Shown: positions 24,805 to 38,745, counted from the whole stretch's first letter. The stretch is DNA of 62,261 nt, filler included, from Choristocarpus tenellus KU-1152 (GCA_964200185.2; 11 parts of 11 records of this genome joined end to end with filler, not necessarily neighbours in it), one strand, 5' to 3'. Numbers and translations are program-made. Notes: generated by a model not told the origin, from the sequence alone.

Positions 24805-26473
24805 ATTAATAATACTCACACTCTTCTGACAGGGCCACGATTGTTGGCAATGCCACCACCTCCAAGGCAAATATCGATGTCATGATGATGGTCAAGGTGG
24901 TGTCCCACAGGGGGAACAACCCCTGTCGTGAGGTTATGACCCTCCCCTTTGATATGGCTAGTCCCACGGTCAAGACCAGAAGCTCCATGTCGTAGCATGC
25001 CCAACCTACAATGTAACCCCAAACATCATGTTGGAAGTGGACTCATTAAGGTACTATTGTGTCACACAGAGTAAAAAACGTGATGAAAGATCATTGTTCT
25101 GTACTACTATTATTATAAATAAAATCTTGTAGGGATCACAATACTCCATCAGCAAACAAGCTATCTGGGACATTGACTTGGGCATTGGTTGTTCTTTGTA
25201 AAGAGGTATCATTGCAGGCACCATAGATGATAGGTCACCCCATTGATGGTGATAATGGAACAACTGACATCACTAGAGGTACAATGGAGGAAATACACCT
25301 CAGTACACTAAACATCACTGTTGACTGCAATAGAGTTCGGTTGAGGTTTCTTATCATTGCAGTTCATATTGCCCATTCTGGGCCAAGCTGTACCTCACAG
25401 CAACAGGATATCTCTGGCCAACGAAGAGATGAACTCAAAAGTTAAGGGACTTCAGCATAGCCTACAAGATCTCCAAAAAGCTTGACATGAATTATATCAT
25501 AGATTCTCAGGCTACACAACCGTTTCTGTTCTGTGAGATACACCTAAGGCCAGGCTTAGAGAAGGGTTTGTGAAGAAAAAACATGTCATGATGTACAAAA
25601 GATGTTGAAACTACACCACAATAGACTTGGTATCACAATAGCATGACAGTTGTGCAGATCTCTTCTGCCACTCAACAATGCCCTCAATATTTGACAAATA
25701 CTATCTTTCGCAGTGTGCAAGCTCACCCATTCTCAGCTCCATCAAGGTCAAACTCTATGGTAGTGGTATCCAGCGTGTTGTTAACATCACAACCCTGTCC
25801 AAGGGCGTCTATCTTTACCCTGAACCACCGACGAGCCTCTTGCACACCACAACCCCATCGCCCTCGCCTCTGGGATTACAAAACATGGTGAAGTCAATCA
25901 GCCAATACTAAATATTTCATATCTCTCAACAAATAATAATTAGAGTGAGGACCCTTGACATTGTTCTCAAAGAGGGAGATAAAATCTGCCTACTGGTGTC
26001 TTTGCTCAGGAAACTCGTCGCTGGAAAACAAAACACTCTCGTTCTTAACCTAGCATTTTAAACTATCATACAGAGATGACAAGAAGTTTGAATCTAGAAA
26101 AAAAAAAGACATAAAGGACGGTATGCATTGAATACTACATTCTCTAATGTTTGTGGCATGTTCTTCCTACAAATAGAACTCCACATGGCACTCAATTGCT
26201 TTATCTGACAACTCTTGCACCCCCAACACTACACAGGTATTTTCAGTCTAAATCTCAGTCACGTATATCCATAGGTATCAATAGGTGGTGTGCATCAATC
26301 TATTCTGATCTTCACTGTACCGCTATGTTTAGTACCAAGTGTTCATATGCACAAGCAGAAATATTTTAAAAGGAGGGAAAAAACATGGCACAACTCCACT
26401 GCAATAGCATTCATCCGATATCTTAGCCTAAGCAACGGCACAGTGGCTATTCATTTTTCTCTTTGCCCTGCCA

Positions 26474-27206
26474 CCTGTGCGACAAGGTAGGCGAGTCCGG
26501 CGCACAAGCCTGCCGTGCAAAACAGCGAGAACGCCAACAGCACCGCAAGCAGCTGTACACTATCAGCGCTGGTATCGTCTCCAAAGACATCAAACACCAT
26601 GTCAGCTAGTGACTGCATCACTCTCACGACTTCTTCAAGTTGCCTGCAGTAGGGAGAGAGCAATATGGGTTGTGCCGTGTTGATGCTGGTAGGTTTGTAG
26701 TGGTACCGGACATACGAATCCACCTAGCTTCTGGCCTAGATTGTGTCCTACGCTCCACTGTTTGGTTGACTGGGAAAGGTGGAAACATTCGATCAACCAA
26801 CCGTTCGTCCCCCCACTCCACCAGAGCCTGTTTGAGAGGACAGTTTGGCCCAGGCAATGAGTCTAACGGCAGAGAAGGAACCGATTTGCAAATGAATTCT
26901 CGAATCATAGCGGACAGGATCCACTAATTGAATAGGACTAAATACTCAACTCGCAGGAGTCTTTCTATGACTATTGAAAAAAGGAGGTAGGACCTGAGAG
27001 AACGTCTTAGTACATGGTGCTATCTCGGCTACAACATATTCAAAGTTGAGTGATATTGAGACTCCAGGAAGCACAATAGTCAGCACGTTCCGGTCCTGTA
27101 TCATCATATTTTTACCTGAGTTTCTCGCTTCAGACACTGCACCCATGAGATGTGTATTGCAGGGCATGTCGTTGTCACTACACCCTTCGTCCAAAATATC
27201 TTCCAA
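26474..27206 (-). CDS. Putative exons (~27206-26994, ~26924-26725, ~26644-26474) of an unknown membrane protein
   Basis: Three open frames joinable by short in-phase GT-AG introns; the last encodes a hydrophobic helix VQLLAVLLAFSLFCTAGLCAGLAYLVAQ. Confidence 0.45.
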
Positions 27207-27690
27207 CTAATAACCAAACCACGTACGTCTGTACTAACACTTCAACACGTCTTGTGGGAGCCAGCCCACCTCCCTCGTGCTCTTATTAGTGACTTAGTCG
27301 AAACTACTTTCCAATCGCATTAGAAGGCTTGTTCTACAAATCCCATCGATTACGAATGGACCATTGACAACCCCATTACCAACAAGCATCTTCTCCAGTC
27401 TTTGTGATATATAGTACAAACGACAAGGAGTTGCCACGACCGTCCATCAGACCGCCCAAACTACAGAGAAGAAAAACAAAAAAGAACAAAAACACACACA
27501 ATGATTATCAATCAATAGAGACTAAGAATATATATCAAATCCAGAACCAAAATATCAACATATACATCAATAAGAAAAGTAACAAATTAATAAAAAATGA
27601 TCAATAACATCCATCAAATATTATTTTTATATTATTTCACATTTACAGATGCGGTAGGATCTCTCTTAAAGTAACAGTAGTACGTACAGA

Positions 27691-28158
27691 CACGTTACCT
27701 GCATCACAGATCATGCCGCATTGTGTTACTTGTATAGAACGCAGGATACCAGTAACATGCTTACTCGTTGGGCTATTGCTCTTCAAGCGTATGATTTCAC
27801 AGTCAAACACAAGCCCGGTAAGCTCAATGTTATACCTGATACACTATCTCGTATTTTCAAGTTTGAGGAACAGAAGAAATCCGTTGCTCCAATGCTGGCA
27901 CTATCTGTCGTAATGTACCTGAAGGTAGTCGTGCATTTACCACACGTGTTCAAAAGAAGTATGAGTTATCTGCTTCTAACCTTGACCAAGCAACGCCCGT
28001 CCAAAGTGATCGTGAACTATTTACTAGTTCCACTACCGTGTTTCCTTAAGTGGGCCCGGAGCAATTGCGCAAGGAGCAGGAATCCGAGTTCGGACCATAT
28101 TTCAGGTATTTGCAGTCCCCCAACGTTGCCCCACTGCCTGATAAGGAATCAACGACGT
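27691..28158 (+). mobile_element. Ty3/gypsy LTR retrotransposon pol fragment (RNase H C-terminus), frameshifted
   Basis: VTCITDHAALCYLYRTQDTSNMLTRWAIALQAYDFTVKHKPGKLNVIPDTLSR is the canonical TDH..L....RW...LQ.YDF...H.PGK.N..D.LSR motif. Confidence 0.92.
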
Positions 28159-29628
28159 NNNNNNNNNNNNNNNNNNNNNNNNNNNNNNNNNNNNNNNNNN
28201 NNTTAATTAATTAANNNNNNNNNNNNNNNNNNNNNNNNNNNNNNNNNNNNNNNNNNNNAAGGCATGGCTTTCACTTTATTCCCCTACCAGCAACGTACTG
28301 TACTGCTGTGTGGTCATGACTCAGGAAGAAAGGCATTTTTCACGAGAAATTTTTACGCGCGCGCCAAACTCGCGTGAATATCTCCCCGATTTTGTACCAA
28401 ATCGCCCGAGAATTCCGGTACAAAAGTATATATTTTTGAGCATGTCGAAAAAGCGGTACAAAATTGCATGTTTTCTCGATTTGGTTCATAATATTTGGCG
28501 TAAAATCGGGGTAGGTACTGTAGCTGGTAGTGAAATAGCAAATAGATCATGTTTTTCACATTTATGACAATATGTCAGAGGGCATAGTAATAATAACATC
28601 AATGATATAACAATATCATCAATAAAGGAATGGTTCATGCATCGAGAGTTGATCTTCCAAATTATCGCTTCTTGTCACATCTCACCCAACTTATGCCCAA
28701 TATTGTTTGTCTCTGTGGAATCCAATCAATGTATCTCGTTGACAAGGTACACATTAATGACTGTCACACCCAAGTACACAGATTAATATATTGTTATGTT
28801 GATAGATCAATGACTTCAAACGAAAATCGTTCAACACCATCGCAAACCCACAAAAAGAGTGTCCTAATAGCCATACTCCTTCAAGGTTGTGCCTGATTGA
28901 GTTAGGTCAGGTCTCAGTTGAAACGAGACTTCTTTATCTTGGAGTCATATTTAATGGTTGATGTGGTGAGCATCACCAATTGTACATTGGTACTGCTCGG
29001 TGGACACTTGCAGCAAGCAGAGAACGTGTTACAAAAGTTGATCTGACCTATCATGTCGCTAGGCAACAATAGGCACGGATTACTTGATGGAGGAGGGGGA
29101 ATTGACAAGTTCAGTGGTTTGAGGGCTGAAGCCAAATGTTTTATGAGGCAAGGCACGTTTGGAGGTAGAAGTACTGTTGTTGAGTGGGTAGGTGTAGTGA
29201 ATTTAGATGTGTGTATTACTTTGAAGTATAGTGTCATAGAGTTGCACTGCACTACCTCTCTTTGACCACAGGTCAGCTTGCAGGTAAACCCCAGTCCAAT
29301 AAAGTGTGGTAGCACCTAGAATGGGGTGGTATGGTGCTAAGTACACCTAATGTAGTAGTGTAGGTAAAGCGAGATGTTTTGACCGTCCTTCTCTTCCACT
29401 GAAACTAGCAAAGTGACCACCAAATGAGAGAGAATTACACGTAATACTCTTGTTAGTATTATTTTGAACGTTAGTTCAACTGTTATGATTGTGATTAAAA
29501 ATGATAAAATCACAATTAGTTCAAACAAAAAAATCGGTCTACGGGATTTTGGAAATTTCAATAGTAGTTTTTCGCACAAATCCAAACTGTTCCCTCTGCT
29601 CATTGAGTTTGGTGATTTGCTTCCCCCA

Positions 29629-29893
29629 GAGTCGAACCAACTGAGAGTTAGGAAGGGTTGCATTTTAAGGATCCCGAGAAAGGGCAAAAGGACGCAATTT
29701 GGGCCAACTGGAGCAAGAGTCTTTGCTTGATTGTGGTGTTACTTCATTTGTGGAATTGAGGAATGTCAATTTTGCGTAGACTATTTTTTATTATGCACAT
29801 AAAGCAATGGAATACAGTGTATGGCATAGAGTTAGAAAGGTGACTTATAATGGAAGGCGTTCAGACCTGCCGACCTCTCAATTGTTTTGACTC
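29629..29893 (-). mobile_element. MITE family C
   Basis: GAGTCGAACCAACTGAGAGTTAGGAAGGGTTGCATTTTAAGGATCCCGAGAAAGGG ... ACCTCTCAATTGTTTTGACTC. Confidence 0.82.
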
Positions 29894-30810
29894 TCAATTT
29901 GTATACTCCGTCCACATTTTGGTTGAATTGAGTACACAAAGGTATTTTGAGGTGATCCTCACTCTCATGCAATGTGGTGCAGGACACGACAACATGCGGC
30001 AAATGAGAATTCGGGAAAGTTTTGTCAAATAGTCCTAACCCTACAACAGAAAGTGACTAGTCTAACAGACACGTTGGAGGGCACCCATCACAGGTTGCAA
30101 CAAGCTTGACGACAAAAGGACAGACTTATTTTTATTTTTCGGTGGAGCTAACTATCTTGTCTAGTAGAGGTGAATATTTGTACCTCTTTTTGTCAAGCAA
30201 TGGTTGAGATCGTACCTTCCAACAACAGCACTTACATTTATTTGTTAACATAAAAATGTCCAGAATTAAATGAAGATATAAAAAGGGGTTCACGAAAGAT
30301 GAAGAGTAGACACATTCCCCCGAGAAACAAAAAAGAAAAGAGGTAATGCTTTGCTCTTCTTAGTCACATGCCCCCTACATGATCCACTCAAACCTTAACA
30401 TCGATATCAGCAATAAGTGGAACAATGTAACATAATTTTGGGATAAAAAGAACTTTCTGCAGGAACAACACAAATGGTTTCAGTAGAACAATACTGGTCA
30501 CCCTGATACCACTGCACTTGTCTGCTATGCAAGTAATCTCCTCCTCTCTCATAGACAGATCAGCAAAATTATGATTTGAACCCCTGTGTGCAGGTCAGAC
30601 CAGTCCATCAGGAGCATGGGGTGACTCGTGTGTGTACTGAGGGTGCATAGAAGCGGCAGTACTAAAAGGGGGGGGGGGGGGGGGGGGGCCACACCAGTAC
30701 AGGCAAGGGCAGGTATTGATGGTGAGGGGCAACACCCCAACACCCAGTGTGCGTTNNNNNNNNNNGGGTGGGGGTGGTGTTGGGGGGGGTGGGGGTGGGG
30801 AGGGGCAGGG

Positions 30811-30847
<37 letters not shown>

Positions 30848-31689
30848 CTCACACAGTCTATGCCAAGCAAGGATTTTACTTGTGATGGACACTAACCATT
30901 ACCCCAGTGGTTTCAGCTGTAGTGTACTCTTAATATCCTTCATCAAGAAATCAAGAAGATGGTGCCTTCCTTCAATGTCACCACTGGCAACAGTCCCAGG
31001 CGCACCCACCACATGCTCACACAATCCGCGCTAAGCTCCATATATTAAAATCACCCCACCACCAACATCTACACACATACTCACAAACAAATACAAACAT
31101 CCTCAAAAAAGAATGCATGAAGGCAGTCAAAGCGCAAAAACCCTCTTTTTCAGCCCCATGAAGTGTAACACCAACAGACCCCTCAAATCCCCCCCCCATG
31201 CGCATGAATCCCTATCTTTGGTCAGCCAGTTAATGCTTCCATGGACACCCCGCATGGGTTTATTTCTGCAACTACTCTAGACAAATCCGACCCTCTAAAG
31301 GTCACACCCTCTATTACCCCCTGCCCCCCCCCTACCCCTTACCCTCCCTGTAGCAACCACACCCCCCTCCATGACAACTTACGGGCCACCGTCCCGTCTA
31401 GGACTCAANNNNNNNNNNNNNNNNNNNNNNNNNNNNNNNNNNNNNNNNNNNNTTAATTAATTAANNNNNNNNNNNNNNNNNNNNNNNNNNNNNNNNNNNN
31501 NNNNNNNNCTTTGAGGATGTAAAACCACTTCTCTCGTCCACATACACCCAGTCATATAGATCATCCACTAATACCCCACTCCCCCCCCTCCTATGCGTGT
31601 GGCTGATGACGAAACCCACCCTGTTGGATTTCTGCTGGTCTGAGAGGACTGGCTTAGTCCACAGCTCAACCTTCCTTGCCTTCTCTCCC

Positions 31690-31905
31690 CCTCAGGTTTG
31701 GACACCCATTTGTGAAGGAAGTGCAGTGTACTGCTGGGACATCCCAAATGTCGAGGATACTTGTACAGCGACCACATCGCCCCTTGTGGCGTCAATAAGG
31801 TCCATGCATTCACCCCATGCGATCTGGTTGTCATGCTCCTTCAGATGGCAGAACACAGTGATTTGGGAAACTCCAAAGTCCTCCGCAATGGCCGCCACCA
31901 TCCAA
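31690..31905 (-). pseudogene. Helix-turn-helix fragment, possibly a transposase N-terminus
   Basis: VAAIAEDFGVSQITVFCHLK fits the HTH pattern (IA..FGVS..TV...L); no catalytic domain seen. Confidence 0.35.
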
Positions 31906-32022
31906 TGAGGAATTAAAATCTCATGCCCTCTCGCCTCCAGGCATTACGCCATCACACTGTTCTTCGTCGGCGTGCTTGAGTCTGGACCCCAGACAGACTT
32001 CTGGGCTGAAGAATTGGGATTG

Positions 32023-32203
32023 GGCTCAAAGTATCTGGGGGGTGGGTGGTGGCCGTCCATTTGGGGTCAATTTTATCATGTCACGATTTTTGGGTGATTT
32101 GGTTGCATACGTCGAATGGACGATGTAAACGCATTTTTCCTGATTTTACCCCAAATGGACACCCTGGTGTAGTTCCCTCCCCAACCCCCAGATTCTCTGG
32201 GTC
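32023..32203 (-). mobile_element. MITE family A, full-length
   Basis: GGCTCAAAGTATCTGGGG ... CCCCCAGATTCTCTGGGTC; flanks ATTG/GTTG (3 of 4 matching). Confidence 0.88.
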
Positions 32204-33886
32204 GTTGACGGGCAATGACAGCATAACCGAGTCGCTCAAACGATGGGGGGTCTTTGTCCCTAGGCATCCCACTAAACACCTGCTTTGGCATTTTCATGAG
32301 GTTTTGAAACCGTCAATGCAACTTGGTCGATTTTGCACTCGTGATCCTCTACAATCGTGACAGCCCTTCACCTCAAACTTAGCACACCTTTCAATCTATA
32401 TGACAACTAAGCCTCGTCCAGAGGGTTTATCACCTGGGTTGTTCCTGGGCGAGAACGGAGCTTGGAAAAGGTACGTTACATTTAATTCCGAATGGAGGAA
32501 AAACGTAGAAATCAATGTTTCTGGAACACTCCAACTGACTCCTCCAACAACTTACTTTGTTTGGTCCTCCAACCTGATCTATCCAAACTCAAATGTAACT
32601 CAAAATATTTTCATACCATGTCCTTTCCATAACAAAATGGACGACTGTTTTTGTTTGTAAACAAAAGTTTTATTGATGAGGCAATTCTAGATTACAAAAG
32701 ACGGAGGTCTACCATGCTTACCCAGTAAGTGAACGTATGATTTATGTGTTGAGCGTCCAGCTATTGGAGTGTTGTTTACCACTTGCCACAATCTATACAT
32801 TGTACAACTGATGTGGAAAATCATCGAGTTCATCAATGACGTTACATCAGCAACACACAATTACATGCAAGGATGCCAGTCACATCTGCAACTTCAGAAA
32901 TGCAACATATCTTCACTTGGTCAACTAATCTAACCACATATGCCTTCAACCTCCTTACTACCCAAACTCTTTGGCCTTTAACTCATGAATACAAACCTTC
33001 AGACTACAATGGATGTCGTCCCCCATTTGGCGTTCCACAGCAAAAAGTGACGTTGAAGCAACCTGTATAATAGTTGTGGGGTAACGATATTTTTCCCATT
33101 CGTCTTTTATGAGAAAGCCCAATGCATCCTTTGCATGTATACACAGACTGAAACATACTTCGAACCATGCAGAACTAGGCACTGCTAGTTTGTGCATCAG
33201 TCTTGGTCTCTTTTAGTCTAAGTAGGAGATATGAGACAAACTAATGCAACCATTGTTCACTCCACTGCCAGCACTCCTAGCATATCGCATGTCCCAGATC
33301 ATGTCATATAATTAATTTCTTAAAACATCCAAAAGGAAACAGTAACTGTGTTTTGTAGTAATCCAGACAGCTTTGTCTGGAACAGCGTGAATGCACATAC
33401 TGCTCTCACCAGTACAATGCGTTCACAAGGGAAGAGTATGAAATACAACAAAGTTGTAAGTAGATCCTTGAAATACAATAATCTACAAATGATGCCAACA
33501 TTTAAGACATTTTATGTAAGGTATCATATTCGTAAGTTTTTTTTTTTCCTTGGCATAATTTACTGTAGTTGGCATTGCGCAATCTAGTCTTCCTCCTCAG
33601 TAAGTGCCATCCTCGACAATCCACAAACAAAAATCACTAGTAGTTGTGAGGATTGCAATAGGCAATTTCTAAGCCTTCCCAATTTGATTGATTTGATTGT
33701 CAGTCTTTCTGAATATTGGATGGAGACATGGTGATGGTGCCTAAGCAGACTGTGCTAGTGTAGCATACCCTTAGATCAATTACCCTTGAAGTACACTTGC
33801 TGCTACATATTCTGAAGCATGAAGTATTATTCCTACATGAACAGCAGTTTTGTTTTCAAAATGGCAGCGCTCCACATGTTCATTGC

Positions 33887-36800
33887 TCATCCCCTCCTCT
33901 GGTAGAAAAGAACATATGCTGCAGGTGTGACCAGGTCACCCTCGCTTACTACTTTCGATACAGTGGCATCAGAGAAATTGTACCACTGTCCATCGTTTTC
34001 GTTAAGGGCACAAGCAGAGTAATGACCCGCCCCAAGACCCCCATAATGGTTCACCACTCCAAAAAGATCATACATAGCTTCCTTTGATACTGCATCATGG
34101 TGTCTTTCTACCTTTCCTCCCCTCGCACTAGATCTCTCTCCCCCTGCCGCACTGGTAACCCTCTTACGCTCCATGCACTTCACATCCCATCCTCTCTTCC
34201 CCCTAGCTTCTACACCCACGACTCTTGATGTCTTCTTCTGCTTTCCCTCCTTATAGCCTCTACCACTCCCAGGCTGATCCGGATAGGTGGGCAGTCCCTC
34301 TTGGTGTACTCCTGCCAACATGGATCCAGAACTTACCGCTTCCAGATCTCCTAGATCCAAGCCTCTGTTCTTATGAGGGGAGTGGAATAAGAATGACTAG
34401 ATCAGATGTAGGACATTGTTGCGCTCAAACTTCAATATGCATACAGAAGCACACTTAGGAGGGACTGCAGAGTACATGGGGATGTTACCTTTACCTACCT
34501 CCAATGATGGATGCTTACCCCGATAAATTGAAGTAAGTGCTCACATAGAGTCAGATCTCCAGACAATCCTTAGTTGTTTTTTTTTCACCTCCTGAGAATG
34601 CATCAACAACTACCTACAGTGCTGGGAACCTTCTGTCCCAACACTTTGAGTCCCTCCACAAAACCCCCCACTCCCAACCTGACAGGGAAGGTGACGAGAC
34701 TCTCAATCTTGTCCCTGGATCCCCATCCTCCACTAATGTCGTATGAGAAACGCTTTAGATGAATGAGCAGGACTGGGGGTAGTCGCCAAAGGCTTAGCTC
34801 CTTATACGCCTGCCTATGTTTCTGTACCAATTAAAAGAGTAAGAGGACCCAAGGACAGTTTTCCAAAGGTTCGGCACGTTGTGTGGATGCAAATTGACAT
34901 GTTGAGGCTAGTAGGAGATAAGGTTACGATCTAAGGAGGGATGAAAGTTCCAGTGCTTGTGTTCCTCTTGGAAGGCCAATAAAGCAACAACCTAGATCTG
35001 ATGTTTCCAATTAACCTGTTACATGCACTTCATACTGTCCCCTTGGTATTATTGACCATTATTTTCTACTACAAATGATCTCTGGGCCAAGTGGAAAAAT
35101 ATTGCATATTTCCTTCTTAGGCATACCTGGCAGTTCGGGCAGTACCACATTTCGGTTTCGTTCAGCTGCTCTCGGAGCAAGAAGTGTTCAAGACATCTGC
35201 GCACGCTCAAGTTGGACGAGCCTTGGCCATGGTCCAGGACTAGTTCACCCTCCACCTGAAATACGTTATTGTCAAGGAGAAGGGGTTGAGGGAGGATGTG
35301 GTCAGGGGTTGCATTTGTCTGAAGTGTACTGCTTAGTCTGGAGTAATTTTTTGTGCTGTGCAATTTAGCACTTCCATGGTGGTAAGATGTCTGGTGCAGG
35401 GGCAATGAAGTGGTTGTATATGATGGGGGGTAACGCGGGGTGTGGTGGGTGTGAGAAAAAGGGGTGCAGAAATTGTTGGAGAATGGGCTGACACTCGAGG
35501 GGTATGAGAATTTTGGCAGTTGGGCTTGCAAAACCTACCCTTGGCGTTTGTGAAAGGACAGATCCGATATGTCTGGCTCCAGGAAAGTTGCACCCCTATG
35601 CTGAGTTACAATTCAACACCTGCTCAGATGTCAATAATGTTAAGGCAAGCCTTATTAAACATATGTCCTCCCAAAATAAACTTCAGCTTAGACGCGGCAT
35701 TCTTTTTACAAGGGTAGTCAAGCCGTGTCACTACAGTTGTCACAAGGAAGGCAATGGCAATTGCTGCTGAAACATCTCAATCATTTGCACCAGTTGCACA
35801 ACATTACCTGAAGTTGAACGTGACAACCAAAATACCATTTGTCGTTTTCCATATGAAAACACGAGATATACTTACTGAATCCCTGATGTGACTTGACTTG
35901 ACCCTTTGTTAGGATCTTGAATATACTTCGAAGTATTGATTTCACAGAAGCATGAGCTACCGCCACTACTAATCAACTACATGAATGATCGCTAAGGACA
36001 TTGATGTACCAGACGTTCACATATTTTCAGTCTGCCAAGGCGAAATGTGGTAGTACTCACTAGTTTCTCCTCTGACGCATCATATGCTTCTCGAATGGCA
36101 TCATCAGACCAAAATAAGTCCAGTGTGGGGATATCTTTGTCGCTTCCATCCTTCTCTAGCCAGGCAGACAGTGGGGAGTTGTCTCCACCATCGTCCTCGA
36201 AACGACTTACATGGCAGTGGTACATTTTGGGCTTAGGGATGAAACAAGAGAGTGGAGTAAGTGTGTTTTGCTAGCAATCGGAATGAGGACAGCACAGTGA
36301 TATATCGAATTAACAAAACCTTGCAGAATTGATATCTCCACGCAGGAACAATGCCCAACAACAGTGCATGCATCCAAGGAGTCAGGTATAGTACACTATG
36401 AATAGGGTCTGCATGAAGTGCTCTACCGCTTTACATAATAGCACTAGAACAAGTTATTGACAGTGTTGCATAAATGTGTACATTTCGTGATTAGGGGCGC
36501 CAGTAGTTGATATCCAGCATTGTACAATTTGAGTGCTCGTGGAGGGAGGGGGGTCAAGGAATGATCGCGCAAACAAGCTAACAACATTGATAACTCAGCC
36601 ATTGTGCATATTGAATTACATATATTTCAAATCACAAGCTCAGTGCAACCTTTATTATTCTGTAGTTGATCCCTACGTTCCGTTTTTTCCTCCTGCTTGT
36701 TCATTGCTTCTTGCATTATTACCGATAACCTCTACCCTGTGTTCAATAGTTTCTATCGGTGACAACCAATTGAAACTGACACGTTCTCCCAGCTCACTCT

Positions 36801-36887
36801 GTACTTCCCCGATGGTATCTGCTGTAGACCCTGGCATGAGGCAAAGATCCAGACCTCCTGACTCAAAGAGTTGCATAACATTATCTT
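33887..36887 (-). CDS. Ubiquitin-specific protease (peptidase C19, USP4/11/15-like), 3' part; exons ~36887-36677, 36205-36061, 35255-35127, 34821-34679, 34364-33887
   Basis: [58 protein letters not shown], His box [37 protein letters not shown]-stop; junctions in phase; Cys box not found in this contig. Confidence 0.93.
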
Positions 36888-37356
36888 CTGTGAAATTTGC
36901 AACACATGATACATTACGGTATGCCAAGGAAGTTGTGAGAGGAGAAATGACAAAGAAACGACAAGAGCGCAGTGGGGTGTGTGCAGAGACTGTGGTGTTT
37001 GGGAAAGTTTCAGGAAGAGTGGCCATAGGTGACAGGCATCTCAGCTATCCCGTTGATATATATGAAGTTTCTGACACCACATTCCCTACCCCTAAACTTG
37101 GCACGATTCTGAGGTGTGAGGAAAGGGGAGGTCCATTCAAGAACTAAGCCATTACACATTCAAATTGCAATACGTTTAAAGCAAACACCAGTTGATTGGT
37201 GCAGGGATGAAGCATGGGCATGGCAAGTGAGTGGAAGGGGATGGTGATGGGGCAGGCTGGATATTTACATGTCCGGGGCTAAAAAGTTGGCCAATTTCGT
37301 TGCAATGCAAATTAAAATTCAGTGCAGGTATTTTCGAACAAAAATGATGCTAGACA

Positions 37357-37613
37357 GAGTCAAAGTATCTTAGAGGGTAGAGCCACGTCCATTTGGGGGC
37401 CAAAATCCAATGTTGCGATTTTGATGTAATTTTGACTATCATGTTTGTTAGGAGTGTGAATATCCTTGTCCTAGACGCATCTTTTGATAACATATACATT
37501 TTACCTACTCCGAAACATTTTGGAGTAGGAAAATGTCCTAAGAACCCCGAGGGAAGTCAAGCTCCAAACAAACAAACAGGGAAAAACTCATACCCTCTAA
37601 GATACTTTCGCTC
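37357..37613 (+). mobile_element. MITE family B
   Basis: TIRs GAGTCAAAGTATCTTAGAGGGTA / TACCCTCTAAGATACTTTCGCTC; internal hairpin CCTACTCC...GGAGTAGG. Confidence 0.9.
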
Positions 37614-38745
37614 GCAAGTGGAAGGTAAGAAGGATGTGCTGGCTTTTTTTTTCCATTGCTTTCCAACTTGTTGTCTGTCTTCGTTCCCTATGGATAGATC
37701 TCGGGCGTGCAATTGTACTAGTGATGTTTCCTTGTAGATGCTAACAGAGTGCACGCAGTTACCCACACCACCGCTGGAAATCGCGAGTCCCCAAGACTTT
37801 GATGTGATCGTCGGTACGTCATAATGCCCTCCTTCTCCGCACGAACAAAAAACAAACGTGCTGCAGTACACCACAACATCTTTAACCAATGCCGGAATAA
37901 CCCATACATATGTGACAAAACCTTAATGCATGGCTAACCCACTTCACTGCCACACTGTTGGCTATCACATGTACGCACATGATGTTCCAGGTATCCACGT
38001 CTCTTGTTCAAGAACGCGTGATAGACCCTTCCTACCTGCCGGAAGCCTTGGGGCAGACCCTCATCCCAATGGAGACGCAGCGATATTTTGCTGAGGCTGT
38101 CCATCCTCAGGGAACGGCAATGGGACGCGATGAGGCGACCATTTTCGTTGCGATGACAGTGGCGACGGACTTCGGCTACCAGATCGAGGTGAATGTGGTA
38201 TAGAATGCGCTAACTTAAGTATTTTGTGAAGATCGAACGGCAGAGTTTAGTTACCGACACGCAGAAAAGACTATTTTTTTTAATTCCCGAGTCCTAACGT
38301 ACCTAATGCAGTACCCAAATATGTCGCGTACAAAAATATGGGCCTTACAGATAAGTATTGCATCGGTAGTGTGTTCGACTTTTTGCCACAATAAGGTTGC
38401 CGTTTTTGCACCACATTATTCGGACGATATTACCTCCAAATCATGAACATTCATGAATCGCCGTACTCTGCCCCCCCCCCCCCAACATCCCTCGACCCCA
38501 CCCAACCCCACCGCCGTCTTTGTCTTCCACAATATTCAGCCGCGTGCAAGCTCGTCCTCNNNNNNNNNNNNNNNNNNNNNNNNNNNNNNNNNNNNNNNNN
38601 NNNTTAATTAATTAANNNNNNNNNNNNNNNNNNNNNNNNNNNNNNNNNNNNNNNNNNNNGTGTAACAAACGTTTGCACTTCGTTGAAATACAAGAAGAAA
38701 TACTCGCTCTATTCGCCTGTAACACAACATGTGTTGTGCATTACC

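Noticed and set aside
30595-31034. Poly-Pro / poly-Gly ORFs
   Set aside because: Derived from G homopolymers beside a gap; low-complexity or sequencing artefact
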